Below the pieces are notes generated by a model. The model saw only the letters and a program-made list of their open reading frames with translations. It searched no databases and was not told the DNA's origin. Of a stretch of 60,179 nt of DNA, positions 31,455-42,198 are shown piece by piece; positions within the stretch are counted from its first letter, which is position 1; each line of letters starts with the position of its first letter. Origin of the DNA: an uncultured delta proteobacterium. Its GTDB lineage: Bacteria; Desulfobacterota; Binatia; UBA9968. The stretch lies in assembly GCA_963728565.1 (NCBI GenBank), contig CAVSLC010000017.1, positions 1 through 60,179 of the forward strand, given 5' to 3'. A program made the position numbers and the translations under genes.

Positions 31455-32453
31455 ATGAACACTCTGAGCCGCAGAATACTCGGTGCGATACCGGTCTTAC
31501 TGGGCATTTCGTTTCTGGTTTTCATGCTCATGCATATCGCTCCGGGAGATCCGGTATCGTTGCTCCTCGGCGACGATGCCACGCCGGCGGATATCGAACA
31601 GACCCGTCGCGAGTTAGGCCTCGACCAGCCCCTCCTGGTGCAGTATTGGGATTTTTTGTCGCGCGCGGTTCGAGGCGACTTCGGCAGATCGCTCAAGTTT
31701 AACGAACCTGTGATGAAGTTGGTTTTTGAGCGGCTACCGGCCACGATAGAGCTTGCTTTTATCAGTTTGATTGTCGCCATCATTATCGCCGTACCCCTGG
31801 GCGTCTACTCCGCTATCAAACACAACTCGCTCTTTGATCATGCCGGGATGAGCGTTGCGCTTATCGGCGTTTCATTACCCAATTTCTGGCTGGGAATTAT
31901 GCTGATCTATTTTCTCGGGGGACAACTCAATCTGTTGCCCGTCGCCGGACGGATTGAGTACGGCATCGAGGTGAAGCCGATCACCCATCTCTATCTAATA
32001 GACAGCCTGATCACCGGAAATTTTACCGCCTTTTGGAGCGCGCTCCAGCACCTTCTGATGCCGGCCTTTACCCTGGGCACGAGCCTGGCCGCGATTGTTA
32101 CCCGGATCTCGCGTTCGAGCGTTCTTGAAGTTATGCGGCAGGATTTCATTACCACCGCACGGGCCAAGGGGTTGAGTGAAAAAGACGTCATCTGGCGGCA
32201 CATATTGCGCAATGCGATGATCACGATTGTGACCATTCTCGGTCTCCAGCTAGGCGCTCTGCTGAATGGTTCCGTGATCACGGAAACCGTGTTCTCATAT
32301 CCCGGCATCGGCGAATTGTTGATTCAGTCGATCTCAGCCCGAGATTACAAGCTAACGCAGGTGCTGATTTTGTTCTTCGCGGTTATTTACTTCGTGGTGA
32401 ATTTACTGACCGATTTTCTCTATAGCTGGATCGATCCAAGGATAAAATTCTGA
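31455..32453 (+). CDS. Peptide/nickel ABC permease (DppB-like)
   Basis: PGDP, LGLDQP, TARAKG, ITETVFSYPGIG, DPRI. Confidence 0.95.
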   Translation: MNTLSRRILGAIPVLLGISFLVFMLMHIAPGDPVSLLLGDDATPADIEQTRRELGLDQPLLVQYWDFLSRAVRGDFGRSLKFNEPVMKLVFERLPATIELAFISLIVAIIIAVPLGVYSAIKHNSLFDHAGMSVALIGVSLPNFWLGIMLIYFLGGQLNLLPVAGRIEYGIEVKPITHLYLIDSLITGNFTAFWSALQHLLMPAFTLGTSLAAIVTRISRSSVLEVMRQDFITTARAKGLSEKDVIWRHILRNAMITIVTILGLQLGALLNGSVITETVFSYPGIGELLIQSISARDYKLTQVLILFFAVIYFVVNLLTDFLYSWIDPRIKF

Positions 32454-33292
32454 TGATCGGCTTAAAGCATTTGAAGATCTGGGTCGGCGGCATTATTTTG
32501 GCGGCCCTCTTCGTTTGCGGTGTCGCCTCACCTCTGTTGGCGCCGCATGATCCACAGGCGCAAACGCTCGAAGATCGGTTGCGGCCGCCGCGCTGGGCCG
32601 AGAATGGTTCACCGGCCTATTTGTTGGGCACAGACAATCTGGGCCGGGATATCCTAAGCCGGATCATCTATGGGTCCCGCATCTCATTATTGGTCGGCGC
32701 CGCAACCGTCATCTTTGCGGGTTTGATCGGTTGCACCTTGGGAGCGGTCGCGGGTTACTTCGGAAAACTTGCCGACGATATCGTCAGCAAAATCTCCGAA
32801 ATTTTTCTCGCCTTTCCATTTCTGCTAATCGCCATAGCCATCATGGCCTTCCTGGGACAGGGCGTGGTCAACCTCATCATGGCGCTCATGCTTAGCCGCT
32901 GGGTCCAATACTGCCGCGTCGTACGCGGCGAGGTGCTGTCGTTGAAGGAGCGTGATTTTGTCACGGCGATCAAGGCCCTGGGCGGTCGAGACGGTTATGT
33001 TCTGCTCCGTCACGTGGTGCCGAATACGGTTGCCAGCATCACCGTGATCGCAACCTTCGCCATGGCAATCGTTATCATATCCGAAGCGAGTTTGAGCTTT
33101 CTCGGACTCGGCGTGCCGGCGCATATCCCAACCTGGGGCTCGATGCTGAGCGAGGGCAGGAGTTATATCAATCGCGCTCCATGGCTGACGATTTTCCCGG
33201 GTCTGGCCATTTTTATCACGGTATTTGGCATCAATCTTTTAGGAGACGGCTTGAGAGATATCTTCGACCCGAAATTGCGCAGACAGAGATAA
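32453..33292 (+). CDS. Peptide/nickel ABC permease (DppC-like)
   Basis: LGTDNLGRD, EASLSFLGLG, PTWG, GDGLRD. Confidence 0.95.
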   Translation: MIGLKHLKIWVGGIILAALFVCGVASPLLAPHDPQAQTLEDRLRPPRWAENGSPAYLLGTDNLGRDILSRIIYGSRISLLVGAATVIFAGLIGCTLGAVAGYFGKLADDIVSKISEIFLAFPFLLIAIAIMAFLGQGVVNLIMALMLSRWVQYCRVVRGEVLSLKERDFVTAIKALGGRDGYVLLRHVVPNTVASITVIATFAMAIVIISEASLSFLGLGVPAHIPTWGSMLSEGRSYINRAPWLTIFPGLAIFITVFGINLLGDGLRDIFDPKLRRQR

Positions 33293-33318
33293 CAACAGTC
33301 CGGATCTAGGAGGATCGA

Positions 33319-34857
33319 ATGGCTAGTAGAAAAACCGATGTCAGCCGTAGAAAGTTTTTGAAGAGGAGCGCCGCCTTGGGTGTCGGGGCAACGGTATGGC
33401 CAGGATTGTTGCGCCGCGCGTCGGCGGCCTCACGGGACCGCGTCGTGATTTATCACAGCAGCGTCGCCGATTCGATTCATCCTTATAATCATAGCTCCAG
33501 CCCGATCTATGGGAACTGGCAGCATGTCATCGAGCCGCTGGTGGAGCTGGATTACGACAAAAAAGAGTACGTCGGTGTCCTCGCCGAGTCATGGGAGTTT
33601 CAGGGCAAGCAGTGGGTGTTCAAGCTGCGCCAAGGCGTCAAATTTCATAACGGCGCTCCACTGACGTCCAAGGATGTGGCGTTCTCGATTGAGCGGATGC
33701 GAGATGAGAAGGGCGGCAGCTTGCAGGCGCCCAACTTCAAGGATGTCACGGAGGTGCAGACGCCGGACGATCAAACCGTCGTGTTCGTGACCAAACAACC
33801 ATTGGCGATTTTCTTGGATCGCTTGGAGAACCGTTTCATTCTCAGCAAAGTCGCCGGGGATAAGTTCGGCGATCAGCTCTATCAAAACCCGATCGGCACG
33901 GGTCCTTATAAGTTCGTCAGCTATCAGCGCGGCGGCAACATGGTGTTTACCCGCAATGACGATTACTGGGGAGGCAAGGCAGCGATCAAAGAAGTAGTTT
34001 TTCGCAAAGTGACGGAAGAAGCGGCCCGATTAGCGGCGTTGGAATCCGGTCAGGCGGACTTCATCAATAATGTTCCGGTACATGAGGTTGCCCGCTTCCA
34101 AAAACACCCCCGCGTAAGAATCGACAAGTTAGAAGGGTTGAGAATGTTTTTGTTGGCGATGAATGTCGCGCATAAGCCATTCGACAACAAACTGGTTCGC
34201 CAGGCGGTCAACTATTCCGTCGATGCGCCTGCTATCGTCAAGAATATTTTCGACGGCATCGGCTACCCGCTCAACGGGCCGGTCGGCTCCAATGTCATCG
34301 GCGCGGATCCGAAACACAAGCGTTATCCGTACGATCCTAAGAAAGCACGAGAGCTTCTCGCGCAAGCGGGATATACGGACGGCTGCGATGTTCAGCTTTA
34401 TTACTCACCCGGGCGTTATCCCAAAGACCGCGAAGTTTGTCAGGTGGTTGCGGCGCAGATGGTGAAGGGCGGTTTCAGAGTCGAGTTGATCTCGCAAGAG
34501 TGGGCGCTTTTTTGGGACAAGACGGGGGTCAACGGCGGCAGGTTGCCGTTCTACTACATCGGCCGCGGCTCGCTCACGGACGCTGACACGCTTTACGATC
34601 AGTACTTCCGAACCGGCACGACGAAGCGCACGAATTACAGCAATCCGGAACTGGACAAGATCATCATAGAACAGCAAAAAACAGCGGACCCGAAAAAACG
34701 GATCGCGCTGTTACAGCAAGCCGGGAAGATCATCATGGAAGAAGCTCCCATGGTGCCGCTCTACAATTTAGCCGACATCTATGGTGTCGCTAGAAATGTC
34801 GTGTGGAAAATGCGGCCGGATGAAAAAGTTCTCGCTTGGGATATGAAAATCAAGTAA
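33319..34857 (+). CDS. Family-5 ABC substrate-binding protein, Tat signal (paralogue 1)
   Basis: SRRKFLK, LAESW, VKFHNG, GTGPYK, VRQA. Confidence 0.93.
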   Translation: MASRKTDVSRRKFLKRSAALGVGATVWPGLLRRASAASRDRVVIYHSSVADSIHPYNHSSSPIYGNWQHVIEPLVELDYDKKEYVGVLAESWEFQGKQWVFKLRQGVKFHNGAPLTSKDVAFSIERMRDEKGGSLQAPNFKDVTEVQTPDDQTVVFVTKQPLAIFLDRLENRFILSKVAGDKFGDQLYQNPIGTGPYKFVSYQRGGNMVFTRNDDYWGGKAAIKEVVFRKVTEEAARLAALESGQADFINNVPVHEVARFQKHPRVRIDKLEGLRMFLLAMNVAHKPFDNKLVRQAVNYSVDAPAIVKNIFDGIGYPLNGPVGSNVIGADPKHKRYPYDPKKARELLAQAGYTDGCDVQLYYSPGRYPKDREVCQVVAAQMVKGGFRVELISQEWALFWDKTGVNGGRLPFYYIGRGSLTDADTLYDQYFRTGTTKRTNYSNPELDKIIIEQQKTADPKKRIALLQQAGKIIMEEAPMVPLYNLADIYGVARNVVWKMRPDEKVLAWDMKIK

Positions 34858-34927
34858 GCGTTCTTCAATGCTGAAACTCTATGCGCACTCTTTGCCGCTC
34901 TGCTAGTCGGGCCGACGGGAGGGCACC

Positions 34928-36460
34928 ATGCCTTCGAACGAACCGGTGATGAAACGAAGAACGTTTCTCAAGCGAAGCGCCGTCGCCGGGCTTGGCGTTG
35001 TCGCGAGCAGCGCTTGGCCGCGGCTCGTTTTCTCAGCGTCCAGAGAACGGCTGATGATTCTGAGCAGCATTGGTTTGGACGCCCTTCACCCCTATGCGCA
35101 CAGCTCCGGTCCACAGTATGGCATCTGGCAACATATGATCGAGCCGCTGGTGGAAGTCGACTACGGGAAAAAAGATTACTATGGCGTCCTCGCTGAATCA
35201 TGGAAATTCCAAGGCAACAGTTGGGTGTTTCGGCTCAGGAAAGGAATTCGTTTTCACGACGGCTCGCCCTTTACCGCTCAAGACGTGATCCACTCCGTCA
35301 CTCGCATCAAGAATGACAAGCGGAGCCTGCAAAAGTCGAACTTCGACGACTTGACTGAAATTAAAGCCCTCGACGATCACACCGTCGTTTTCACCACGGC
35401 GCAACCCAATGCCGTTCTGCTCGATCGATTACAGAACCGCTTTATCCTCAGTAAGATCGCCGCGGAGAAATACGGCGAGGAAGTCGATCAACGTGCGATC
35501 GGCACCGGCCCTTACAAATTCGTCAGCTGGCAGCGGGACGGTAACCTCGTCATGACGCGCAATGACGAGTATTGGGGCTCCAAGGCCGCTATCAAAGAAA
35601 TCGTCCTGAAAAAAGTTGGCGAGGATGCCGGGAGGATCGCGGGGCTGCTGGCCGGACAAGGTGATGTCGTCAACAATGTTCCGGTGGAAGATATCGCCCG
35701 CTTGGATAAACATCCGCGGGTACGCGCGGAAAAAGTCGAAGGCCTCAGAATGTATTTCTTGGCGATGAACGTCACGCACAAGCCCTTCGATAACAAGCTC
35801 GTGCGCCAAGCGTTCAACTATGCCGTCGACCCGACCGCCATCATCAAACATATCTATGAAGGCAACGGTTACGTGATGAGCGGACCCCTCGGCGCCAACG
35901 TGATCGGTTACGATCCCAAGGTCAAGCGCTATCCCTACGATCCGAAACGGGCCAAGGAGCTACTCACTCAAGCAGGCTTCGCCGATGGTTTGGAGATCAA
36001 GCTGCATTTTTCGCCGGACCGTTATCCTAAAGCGAAAGAAGTCTGCCAGGTCATCGCCGATCAGTTAGCCAGGGCAGGTGTAAAAACTGAGCTCGTCTCT
36101 CAAGAGTTCGCCATCTTCTGGGGGTCGGACGGAGTCAACGGCGGCAAAATTCCTTTTTACTACGTGGGCCGGCCGGCCATTGATGCGGATACGGTTTACG
36201 ATCAATATTACCGATCCGGAAGAACCAAGCGGGTCGGCTTCCACAACGCAGAGGTCGACCGGCTGATCGACGAGCAGCACCAAACCGGCGATCAAAAAAA
36301 GCGGGTCGCGCTGCTGCAACAGATAGGCCGCATTCTAATGGAAGAGGCCGCCTTGGTGCCGCTATACACCTTGGCGGAAATATACGGTGTCGCACGCAAC
36401 GTGATCTGGAAGGCGCATCCGGAGGAAAAAGTTTTGGCCTTCGATATGAAAATTCGCTAA
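34928..36460 (+). CDS. Family-5 ABC substrate-binding protein, Tat signal (paralogue 2)
   Basis: KRRTFLK and the same family motifs. Confidence 0.93.
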   Translation: MPSNEPVMKRRTFLKRSAVAGLGVVASSAWPRLVFSASRERLMILSSIGLDALHPYAHSSGPQYGIWQHMIEPLVEVDYGKKDYYGVLAESWKFQGNSWVFRLRKGIRFHDGSPFTAQDVIHSVTRIKNDKRSLQKSNFDDLTEIKALDDHTVVFTTAQPNAVLLDRLQNRFILSKIAAEKYGEEVDQRAIGTGPYKFVSWQRDGNLVMTRNDEYWGSKAAIKEIVLKKVGEDAGRIAGLLAGQGDVVNNVPVEDIARLDKHPRVRAEKVEGLRMYFLAMNVTHKPFDNKLVRQAFNYAVDPTAIIKHIYEGNGYVMSGPLGANVIGYDPKVKRYPYDPKRAKELLTQAGFADGLEIKLHFSPDRYPKAKEVCQVIADQLARAGVKTELVSQEFAIFWGSDGVNGGKIPFYYVGRPAIDADTVYDQYYRSGRTKRVGFHNAEVDRLIDEQHQTGDQKKRVALLQQIGRILMEEAALVPLYTLAEIYGVARNVIWKAHPEEKVLAFDMKIR

Positions 36461-36514
36461 AAAATTGACTAGGCAATGCTGGTAGACATTACAACTGCCA
36501 AGTGGAGGAATCGA

Positions 36515-38047
36515 ATGAGTTCAAAGGCTAAGGGCATCAAGCGCAGGGATTTTCTCAAAACAGGGGTGCTGGCCGGCCTGGGCGCGGCGCTGGGCGGTTC
36601 GTTGATCAAGGTGAGCTATGCCGCTTCCAGAGATCGGCTGACCGCGCTCAGTAGCATCGGCTTGGATTCGCTGCATCCGTACGCCCACAGCTCGAGTCCC
36701 CAATACGGCATCTGGCACAACATGATCGAGCCGCTGGTGGAAGTGGACTATGGAAAAAAAGAGTACTACGGCGTGCTCGCCGAGTCATGGGAATTCCAGG
36801 GCCAGAAGTGGATTTTCCGCCTGCGCAAGGACGTGCGTTTTCATGACGGCACTCCCTTCAGCGCCAAAGATGTGATTCATTCGATCAACCGGATCAAGAA
36901 CGATAAGCAGAGTTTGCAGAAGGAAAATTTTCGAGATGTCACCGAGATGCAAGCGCCCGACGATCTTACGGTGGTTTTCACCACTGAGATCCCCAATGCC
37001 GTCTTCTTAGATCGGCTGCAGAATCGCTTCATCGTCAGCAAAGCGCTGGCCGATGCCAAAGGAGACCAAGCCGATCAAACGCCAATCGGCACCGGACCAT
37101 ACAAGTTCGTCAGCTGGCAACGGGACGGCAATTTGGTCATGACCCGAAACGATAATTACTGGCGCACCAAGGTCGCGGTCAAAGAAATCGTCTTGCGCAG
37201 AGTCAAGGAAGACTCGGGACGGGTTGCCGGCCTGCTCTCCGGTCAGGGCGACGTCATCAACAATGTTCCGGTGGAAGAGCTCTCCCGATTTGAGAACAAT
37301 CCTCGAGTACGGGCCGAGAAGGTCGAAGGCGTGAGAATGTATTTTCTCGCGATGAATGTGACGCACAAGCCGTTCGACAACAAGCAGGTGCGGCAAGCCT
37401 TCAACTATGCGATCGATCCCAGAGCGATTATCAAACACATCTATGAGGGCAACGGTTATCTGATGAACGGACCTCTGGGCTCCAATGTGATCGGTTTCGA
37501 TCCCAAGATGAAGCGTTATCCGTATGATCCGAAGAAGGCCAAGGAACTTTTATCGGCGGCAGGCCACGGCGATGGTTTGGAAGTGAAGCTCTATTTTTCA
37601 CCGGACCGTTATCCCAAGGCGCGGGAAGTGTGCCAGGTCATAGCCGATCAGCTCGCTAAAGCCGGTGTCAGGGCCGAGCTGGTGTCACAAGAGTTCGTTA
37701 TCTTCTGGGGCAAGGAAGGAGTCAATGGAGGGAAGCTGCCGTTTTATTACGTCGGGCGGCCCGCCGCGGATGCCGATACCGTTTACGATCAGTATTTTCG
37801 TTCCGGCGTCAGTCCACGGATTCAGTACAAGAATCCTGAATTTGACAAGCTCATCGACGAGGAGCAGAAGACCGGCGATCCGAAAAAGCGGGTCGCGCTG
37901 TTACAACAGGCGGGGCGTATCTTGATGGAGGACGCGCCGTTGGTGCCGTTGTACACGTTGGCGGAAATCTATGGTGCGGCGCGCAACATCGTTTGGAAAG
38001 CGCGGCCGGACGAAAAGATTCTGTACGCTGAGATGAAAATCAAGTGA
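36515..38047 (+). CDS. Family-5 ABC substrate-binding protein, Tat signal (paralogue 3)
   Basis: GGAGG RBS, KRRDFLK. Confidence 0.93.
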   Translation: MSSKAKGIKRRDFLKTGVLAGLGAALGGSLIKVSYAASRDRLTALSSIGLDSLHPYAHSSSPQYGIWHNMIEPLVEVDYGKKEYYGVLAESWEFQGQKWIFRLRKDVRFHDGTPFSAKDVIHSINRIKNDKQSLQKENFRDVTEMQAPDDLTVVFTTEIPNAVFLDRLQNRFIVSKALADAKGDQADQTPIGTGPYKFVSWQRDGNLVMTRNDNYWRTKVAVKEIVLRRVKEDSGRVAGLLSGQGDVINNVPVEELSRFENNPRVRAEKVEGVRMYFLAMNVTHKPFDNKQVRQAFNYAIDPRAIIKHIYEGNGYLMNGPLGSNVIGFDPKMKRYPYDPKKAKELLSAAGHGDGLEVKLYFSPDRYPKAREVCQVIADQLAKAGVRAELVSQEFVIFWGKEGVNGGKLPFYYVGRPAADADTVYDQYFRSGVSPRIQYKNPEFDKLIDEEQKTGDPKKRVALLQQAGRILMEDAPLVPLYTLAEIYGAARNIVWKARPDEKILYAEMKIK

Positions 38048-38099
38048 CCCGACGAAATCTATCTCGGCGGCGCCACAGGTGTTACTGGAAAGGGTTGTA

Positions 38100-39632
38100 A
38101 TGAATTCGCGATCAAAAGAACCCACTCGGCGAGATTTTCTGAAGCAGGGAGCTCTGGGCGGATTAGCCGCATTGATCGGGGACCCTCTGCTAAAGGTGAG
38201 TTTCGCGGCGACAAAAGAGCGAATAACTCTCTTGAGTAGCGTCGGCCTGGACACCCTCCATCCCTACGCCTACACGTCGGGTCCGCAGTACGGCATTTGG
38301 CTGCACATGATCGAGCCTCTGGTGGAAGTCGACTACGCCAAAAAACAATACCGCGGCGTGCTCGCCGAGTCATGGGAATTTCAAGGCACCCGATGGGTTT
38401 TTCGCTTGCGCAAGGGAGTTCGTTTTCACGACGGCACGCCGTTTACGGCGAAGGACGTCATTCATTCGATCAACCGGATCAAAAACGATAAACAGAGCCT
38501 GCAAAAGGAAAATTTTAGAGACCTGACGGAAATGCAAGCGCCGGATGATCACACGGTGGTCTTTACCACCGAAATACCTAATGCGGTCTTTCTCGACCGT
38601 TTGGACAATCGCTTCATGATCAGCAAGGCGGCCGCGGACAAGCACGGCGACCAGGCGGATCAGTACCCGCTGGGCACCGGGCCGTACAAGTTCGTCAGTT
38701 GGCAGCGCGATGGCAATCTGGTGATGACGCGCAATGATCAATACTGGCGCGCGCCGGCGGCGATCAAAGAAGTCGTCTTGAAGCGAGTAAAAGAGGATGC
38801 CGGTCGGGTCGCCGGGCTATTGGCCGGACAGGGCGATGTCATCAACAACGTGCCGGTGGAAGAGCTCTCGCGTTTCGCCAACAATCCGAAAGTCCGCGCC
38901 GAGAAGGCCGAAGGCGTGAGGATGTACTTTCTCGCTATGAACGTCACGCACAAGCCCTTCGACAATAAACAGGTGCGCCAGGCGTTTAACTACGCGGTCG
39001 ATCCAACGGTGATCATCAAGCACATCTACGAGGGAAACGGCTACGTCATGAATGGGCCGCTTGGCTCCAACGTGATTGGCTTCGATCCCAAGATGAAGCG
39101 CTATCCGTACGATCCGAAGAAGGCCAAGGAGCTTCTCGCCAGCGCCGGTTTTACCAACGGTTTGGACGTCAAACTTTATTTCTCGCCGGACCGTTACCCC
39201 AAAGCACGTGAAGTTTGCCAGGTTATCGCCGATCAACTTGCAAGGGTTGGCGTCAAGGCCGAGCTTGTTTCTCAAGAGTTCGTGATCTTTTGGGGTAGAG
39301 AAGGAGTCAACGGCGGAAAGCTTCCCTTTTATTATGTCGGCCGCCCGGCCATCGATGCCGACACGGTTTACGATCAGTATTATCGTTCCGGAGTCAGTAA
39401 GCGGGTCGAGTACAAAAATCCAGAATTCGATAAATTGATCGACGAAGAGCAAAAGACCGGCGATCAGAAGAAGCGGGTCGAGCTGTTGCAACAAGCGGGG
39501 CGTATCTTGATGGAGGATGCGCCATTGGTGCCTCTGTATACACTCGCCGAAATCTACGGCGTTGCCCGCAACGTCGTTTGGAAGGCGAGACCGGATGAAA
39601 GAGTCCTCAGCGTGGAGATGAAAATCAAGTGA
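38100..39632 (+). CDS. Family-5 ABC substrate-binding protein, Tat signal (paralogue 4)
   Basis: TRRDFLK; near-identical blocks shared with paralogue 3. Confidence 0.93.
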   Translation: MNSRSKEPTRRDFLKQGALGGLAALIGDPLLKVSFAATKERITLLSSVGLDTLHPYAYTSGPQYGIWLHMIEPLVEVDYAKKQYRGVLAESWEFQGTRWVFRLRKGVRFHDGTPFTAKDVIHSINRIKNDKQSLQKENFRDLTEMQAPDDHTVVFTTEIPNAVFLDRLDNRFMISKAAADKHGDQADQYPLGTGPYKFVSWQRDGNLVMTRNDQYWRAPAAIKEVVLKRVKEDAGRVAGLLAGQGDVINNVPVEELSRFANNPKVRAEKAEGVRMYFLAMNVTHKPFDNKQVRQAFNYAVDPTVIIKHIYEGNGYVMNGPLGSNVIGFDPKMKRYPYDPKKAKELLASAGFTNGLDVKLYFSPDRYPKAREVCQVIADQLARVGVKAELVSQEFVIFWGREGVNGGKLPFYYVGRPAIDADTVYDQYYRSGVSKRVEYKNPEFDKLIDEEQKTGDQKKRVELLQQAGRILMEDAPLVPLYTLAEIYGVARNVVWKARPDERVLSVEMKIK

Positions 39633-39914
39633 CGATGAGGTGATTGAGTTACCATAATCGTCATCAAATCGCCATGATAGTTCCTGGGTACGTCGTGATT
39701 TGCGCTTTCGCCGGAGTCAAACCCGCGGTTCTAATTGGTGCACCGCCGCGGGCCGGCCTTGCCCGCGATAATGAACAATGACTAGATCAAAAATCTCCTG
39801 AGGAGAACTTGATCCCCAGCAGTTGCTGCATTGTTGACCGCAAGATCTGACCACAATCCTCCTGCAGCACACGGGCCACGAGATCAGGTCATATTACAAG
39901 CCCGCTTTCGGAGC

Positions 39915-40721
39915 CTAATTCATCTTGAGCAGCCGCTTGATATTGCCCGCCATGATCAGGCGGAGATCTTCGATCTTGAGCTTTAAGTGTCTCTGCGCGT
40001 GCTTGACGATTTTCTCGATCTCCCAATCCATCGGATTGAACGGATGATCCGAGCCGTATAGGACCCGATCGGGTCCGGCCCACGAAATCGACTCGCAGAA
40101 GAAAGGCAGCCAGCCCACGCCGGAGCTGTCCATGTGGACGTTTTCGCAGCGCTTGGCGATCTCGACGACCTCACGCACCCCTTCGACCAGACCCGAATGA
40201 CCCATGATGATCGGCAGCTTGGGGAAATCTCTGGCCACTTCGCCGATCCTTTTGGGACTGGCATCCTCGCCCAAGCCGCAGTGAAAGAGGACCGCGAGCC
40301 CGTGGTGCTGTGCCGCCTCCATCAGCGGATAGACCTTCTCTTTGTCGTTTGCCGGGCAGTGTTCGATCAGCGGATGAATTTTGATCCCCTTGAGGCCCAG
40401 CTTGATACCTTCCTCCAGCACTTTAAGGGTATCCTTCGGACCGTTTCCCGGACTGAGCCTCATGAAACCGTGAATCCGTTCCGGGTGCTGTTTCATTGCG
40501 CCGGCGATGTACTCGTTGGTCTCCCTGTAATCCGACGGCTCTCCGATACCGATCGCGAAAGTTACGACTCCGTCCACCCCGGCGTCGTCCATCGATTGCA
40601 GCATGTCCTCAGCCATGAACTTCATAATCGGCGGGATCTGATGTATGGCGAGCTTTTTTCTTGCGCCCATATGAGAGTGCGCATCGACGACTTCGATTCG
40701 CTCTCCTTCGACGTTGATCAT
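39915..40721 (-). CDS. Amidohydrolase_2 family metallohydrolase
   Basis: VDAHSH, GIKIHP, LFHCG, MGHSG, YGSDHP; GGAGG RBS before ATG 40721. Confidence 0.9.
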   Translation of the reverse strand: MINVEGERIEVVDAHSHMGARKKLAIHQIPPIMKFMAEDMLQSMDDAGVDGVVTFAIGIGEPSDYRETNEYIAGAMKQHPERIHGFMRLSPGNGPKDTLKVLEEGIKLGLKGIKIHPLIEHCPANDKEKVYPLMEAAQHHGLAVLFHCGLGEDASPKRIGEVARDFPKLPIIMGHSGLVEGVREVVEIAKRCENVHMDSSGVGWLPFFCESISWAGPDRVLYGSDHPFNPMDWEIEKIVKHAQRHLKLKIEDLRLIMAGNIKRLLKMN

Positions 40722-41113
40722 AGATACCTCCTTCTTCTGGCGTTGAAGGAAACGTATCGAATCGAGAGTTTCCTGTCCAGACGATTCTGCAGTCGATATG
40801 CCGGGCACAAGGCTTCTCCGCCGATACGCAACAGCGGCATAAGATGTCGCGATCTGATGTGTCGGGTTGTCGGTGACCAAGAGAAATAAAGCGCAAAGAG
40901 CGCGCCCTAGGTTCCTTCGGGTGGCGGATGCAATCCCTGTAATAACCTCCCCGTGCGTCACGCACCGCATCGCTGCAATTGCCAAGCTTGAGCATGGGAG
41001 ATATTGTTGCAAACGGACTTTCGTTGGATGTCCCGATATGTTTAATCAAAACCGTGCCGGAGAGATGAAAGCGGTATAACTCACAATCGTGATTCCACTT
41101 TCGCGGAGGTTCT

Positions 41114-42184
41114 ATGAAAATAGATAATCGCATTGGCGTCCGCGCATTGGCGCGCTCCCTGCTGATCGTGCTCTTATTATGCATCTCTGCGGGCCAGGCT
41201 TTTTCACAGGCCGACTTCTACAAAGGAAAAACCATCAGGATCCTCCGCGGCGGCGGGCCCGGCGGCTCGGGGGAGTTCCAGACCAGAGCGCTGATGCGCG
41301 TGCTGGAAAAGCATATCCCCGGTCATCCTAATTTGCTGCTTGTCTTCGTCTCCGGCGCGGCCGGCAGAAAAGCCGCCAACATGATTTATAGTTCAACACC
41401 GCCGGACGGACTGACTATCGGATCCATCGGCGCCGGACTCGTGGTTGGGCCGATTCTGGGCCTTCCCGGCAGTCAATACGATCTGGATAAATTTATTTAT
41501 CTCGGCTCGACGGATTCCGGCGATCCTTACGTCTTCTATACCAAGGCTGATGCGGGCTGGGATAATCTAGCCAAGCTGCAAGCGGCGAGCGGCGTGCGCT
41601 TCGGCGCCCACGCCGTCGGCCATCCGGTCTATGTCACCGGACGCATGGTGGCGTATCTGCTCGGCTTGAAGGACCCAAGATTCGTCACCGGCTTTACCGG
41701 TCCGGAGATTTACATCGCCATGGAGCGCGGCGAGCTGGATGCCCACGCCACCGGCGCCGCCCGCTTTGTCATAGAGAAGCCGGAGTATATCGAAAAGAAG
41801 CTGGCGCACCTCCATGCGACCCTGACTGTGCCCAAAGGCCGCCATCACCCGAAATTTGCAAATCTGCCGGAGTTCGGGAGCTTTGCCAAATCGGATCGAG
41901 AACGGAAGCTGCTCGATATGTTCCGCGCGTTCCAGTACCCGCGCTGGCCTTTCATCTTTCCTCCGGGAACACCCCAAGAGCCGGTGCGAATCATTCGCGA
42001 GGCGATGCGCAAGTCATTTGCCGATCCGGAATTTCGCGTCGAATTTACCAAGCTAATGGGCGACCCGCCCGCGCCTCTAAGCGGCGAAGAAGTGGAGCAG
42101 GCGATCAAAGAATTGCCACGCGATAAGGAGGTGGTCGAGCTCTATAAACAGATGGCCGGCGGCGGTCCGCTGCCCGCTCGCTGA
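41114..42184 (+). CDS. Tripartite tricarboxylate transporter (TctC/Bug) substrate-binding protein
   Basis: DFYKGKTI, GPGG, HIPGHP, PDGLTI, MERGE, PPGTP. Confidence 0.88.
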   Translation: MKIDNRIGVRALARSLLIVLLLCISAGQAFSQADFYKGKTIRILRGGGPGGSGEFQTRALMRVLEKHIPGHPNLLLVFVSGAAGRKAANMIYSSTPPDGLTIGSIGAGLVVGPILGLPGSQYDLDKFIYLGSTDSGDPYVFYTKADAGWDNLAKLQAASGVRFGAHAVGHPVYVTGRMVAYLLGLKDPRFVTGFTGPEIYIAMERGELDAHATGAARFVIEKPEYIEKKLAHLHATLTVPKGRHHPKFANLPEFGSFAKSDRERKLLDMFRAFQYPRWPFIFPPGTPQEPVRIIREAMRKSFADPEFRVEFTKLMGDPPAPLSGEEVEQAIKELPRDKEVVELYKQMAGGGPLPAR

Positions 42185-42198
42185 TTGTTTTCTAATAG

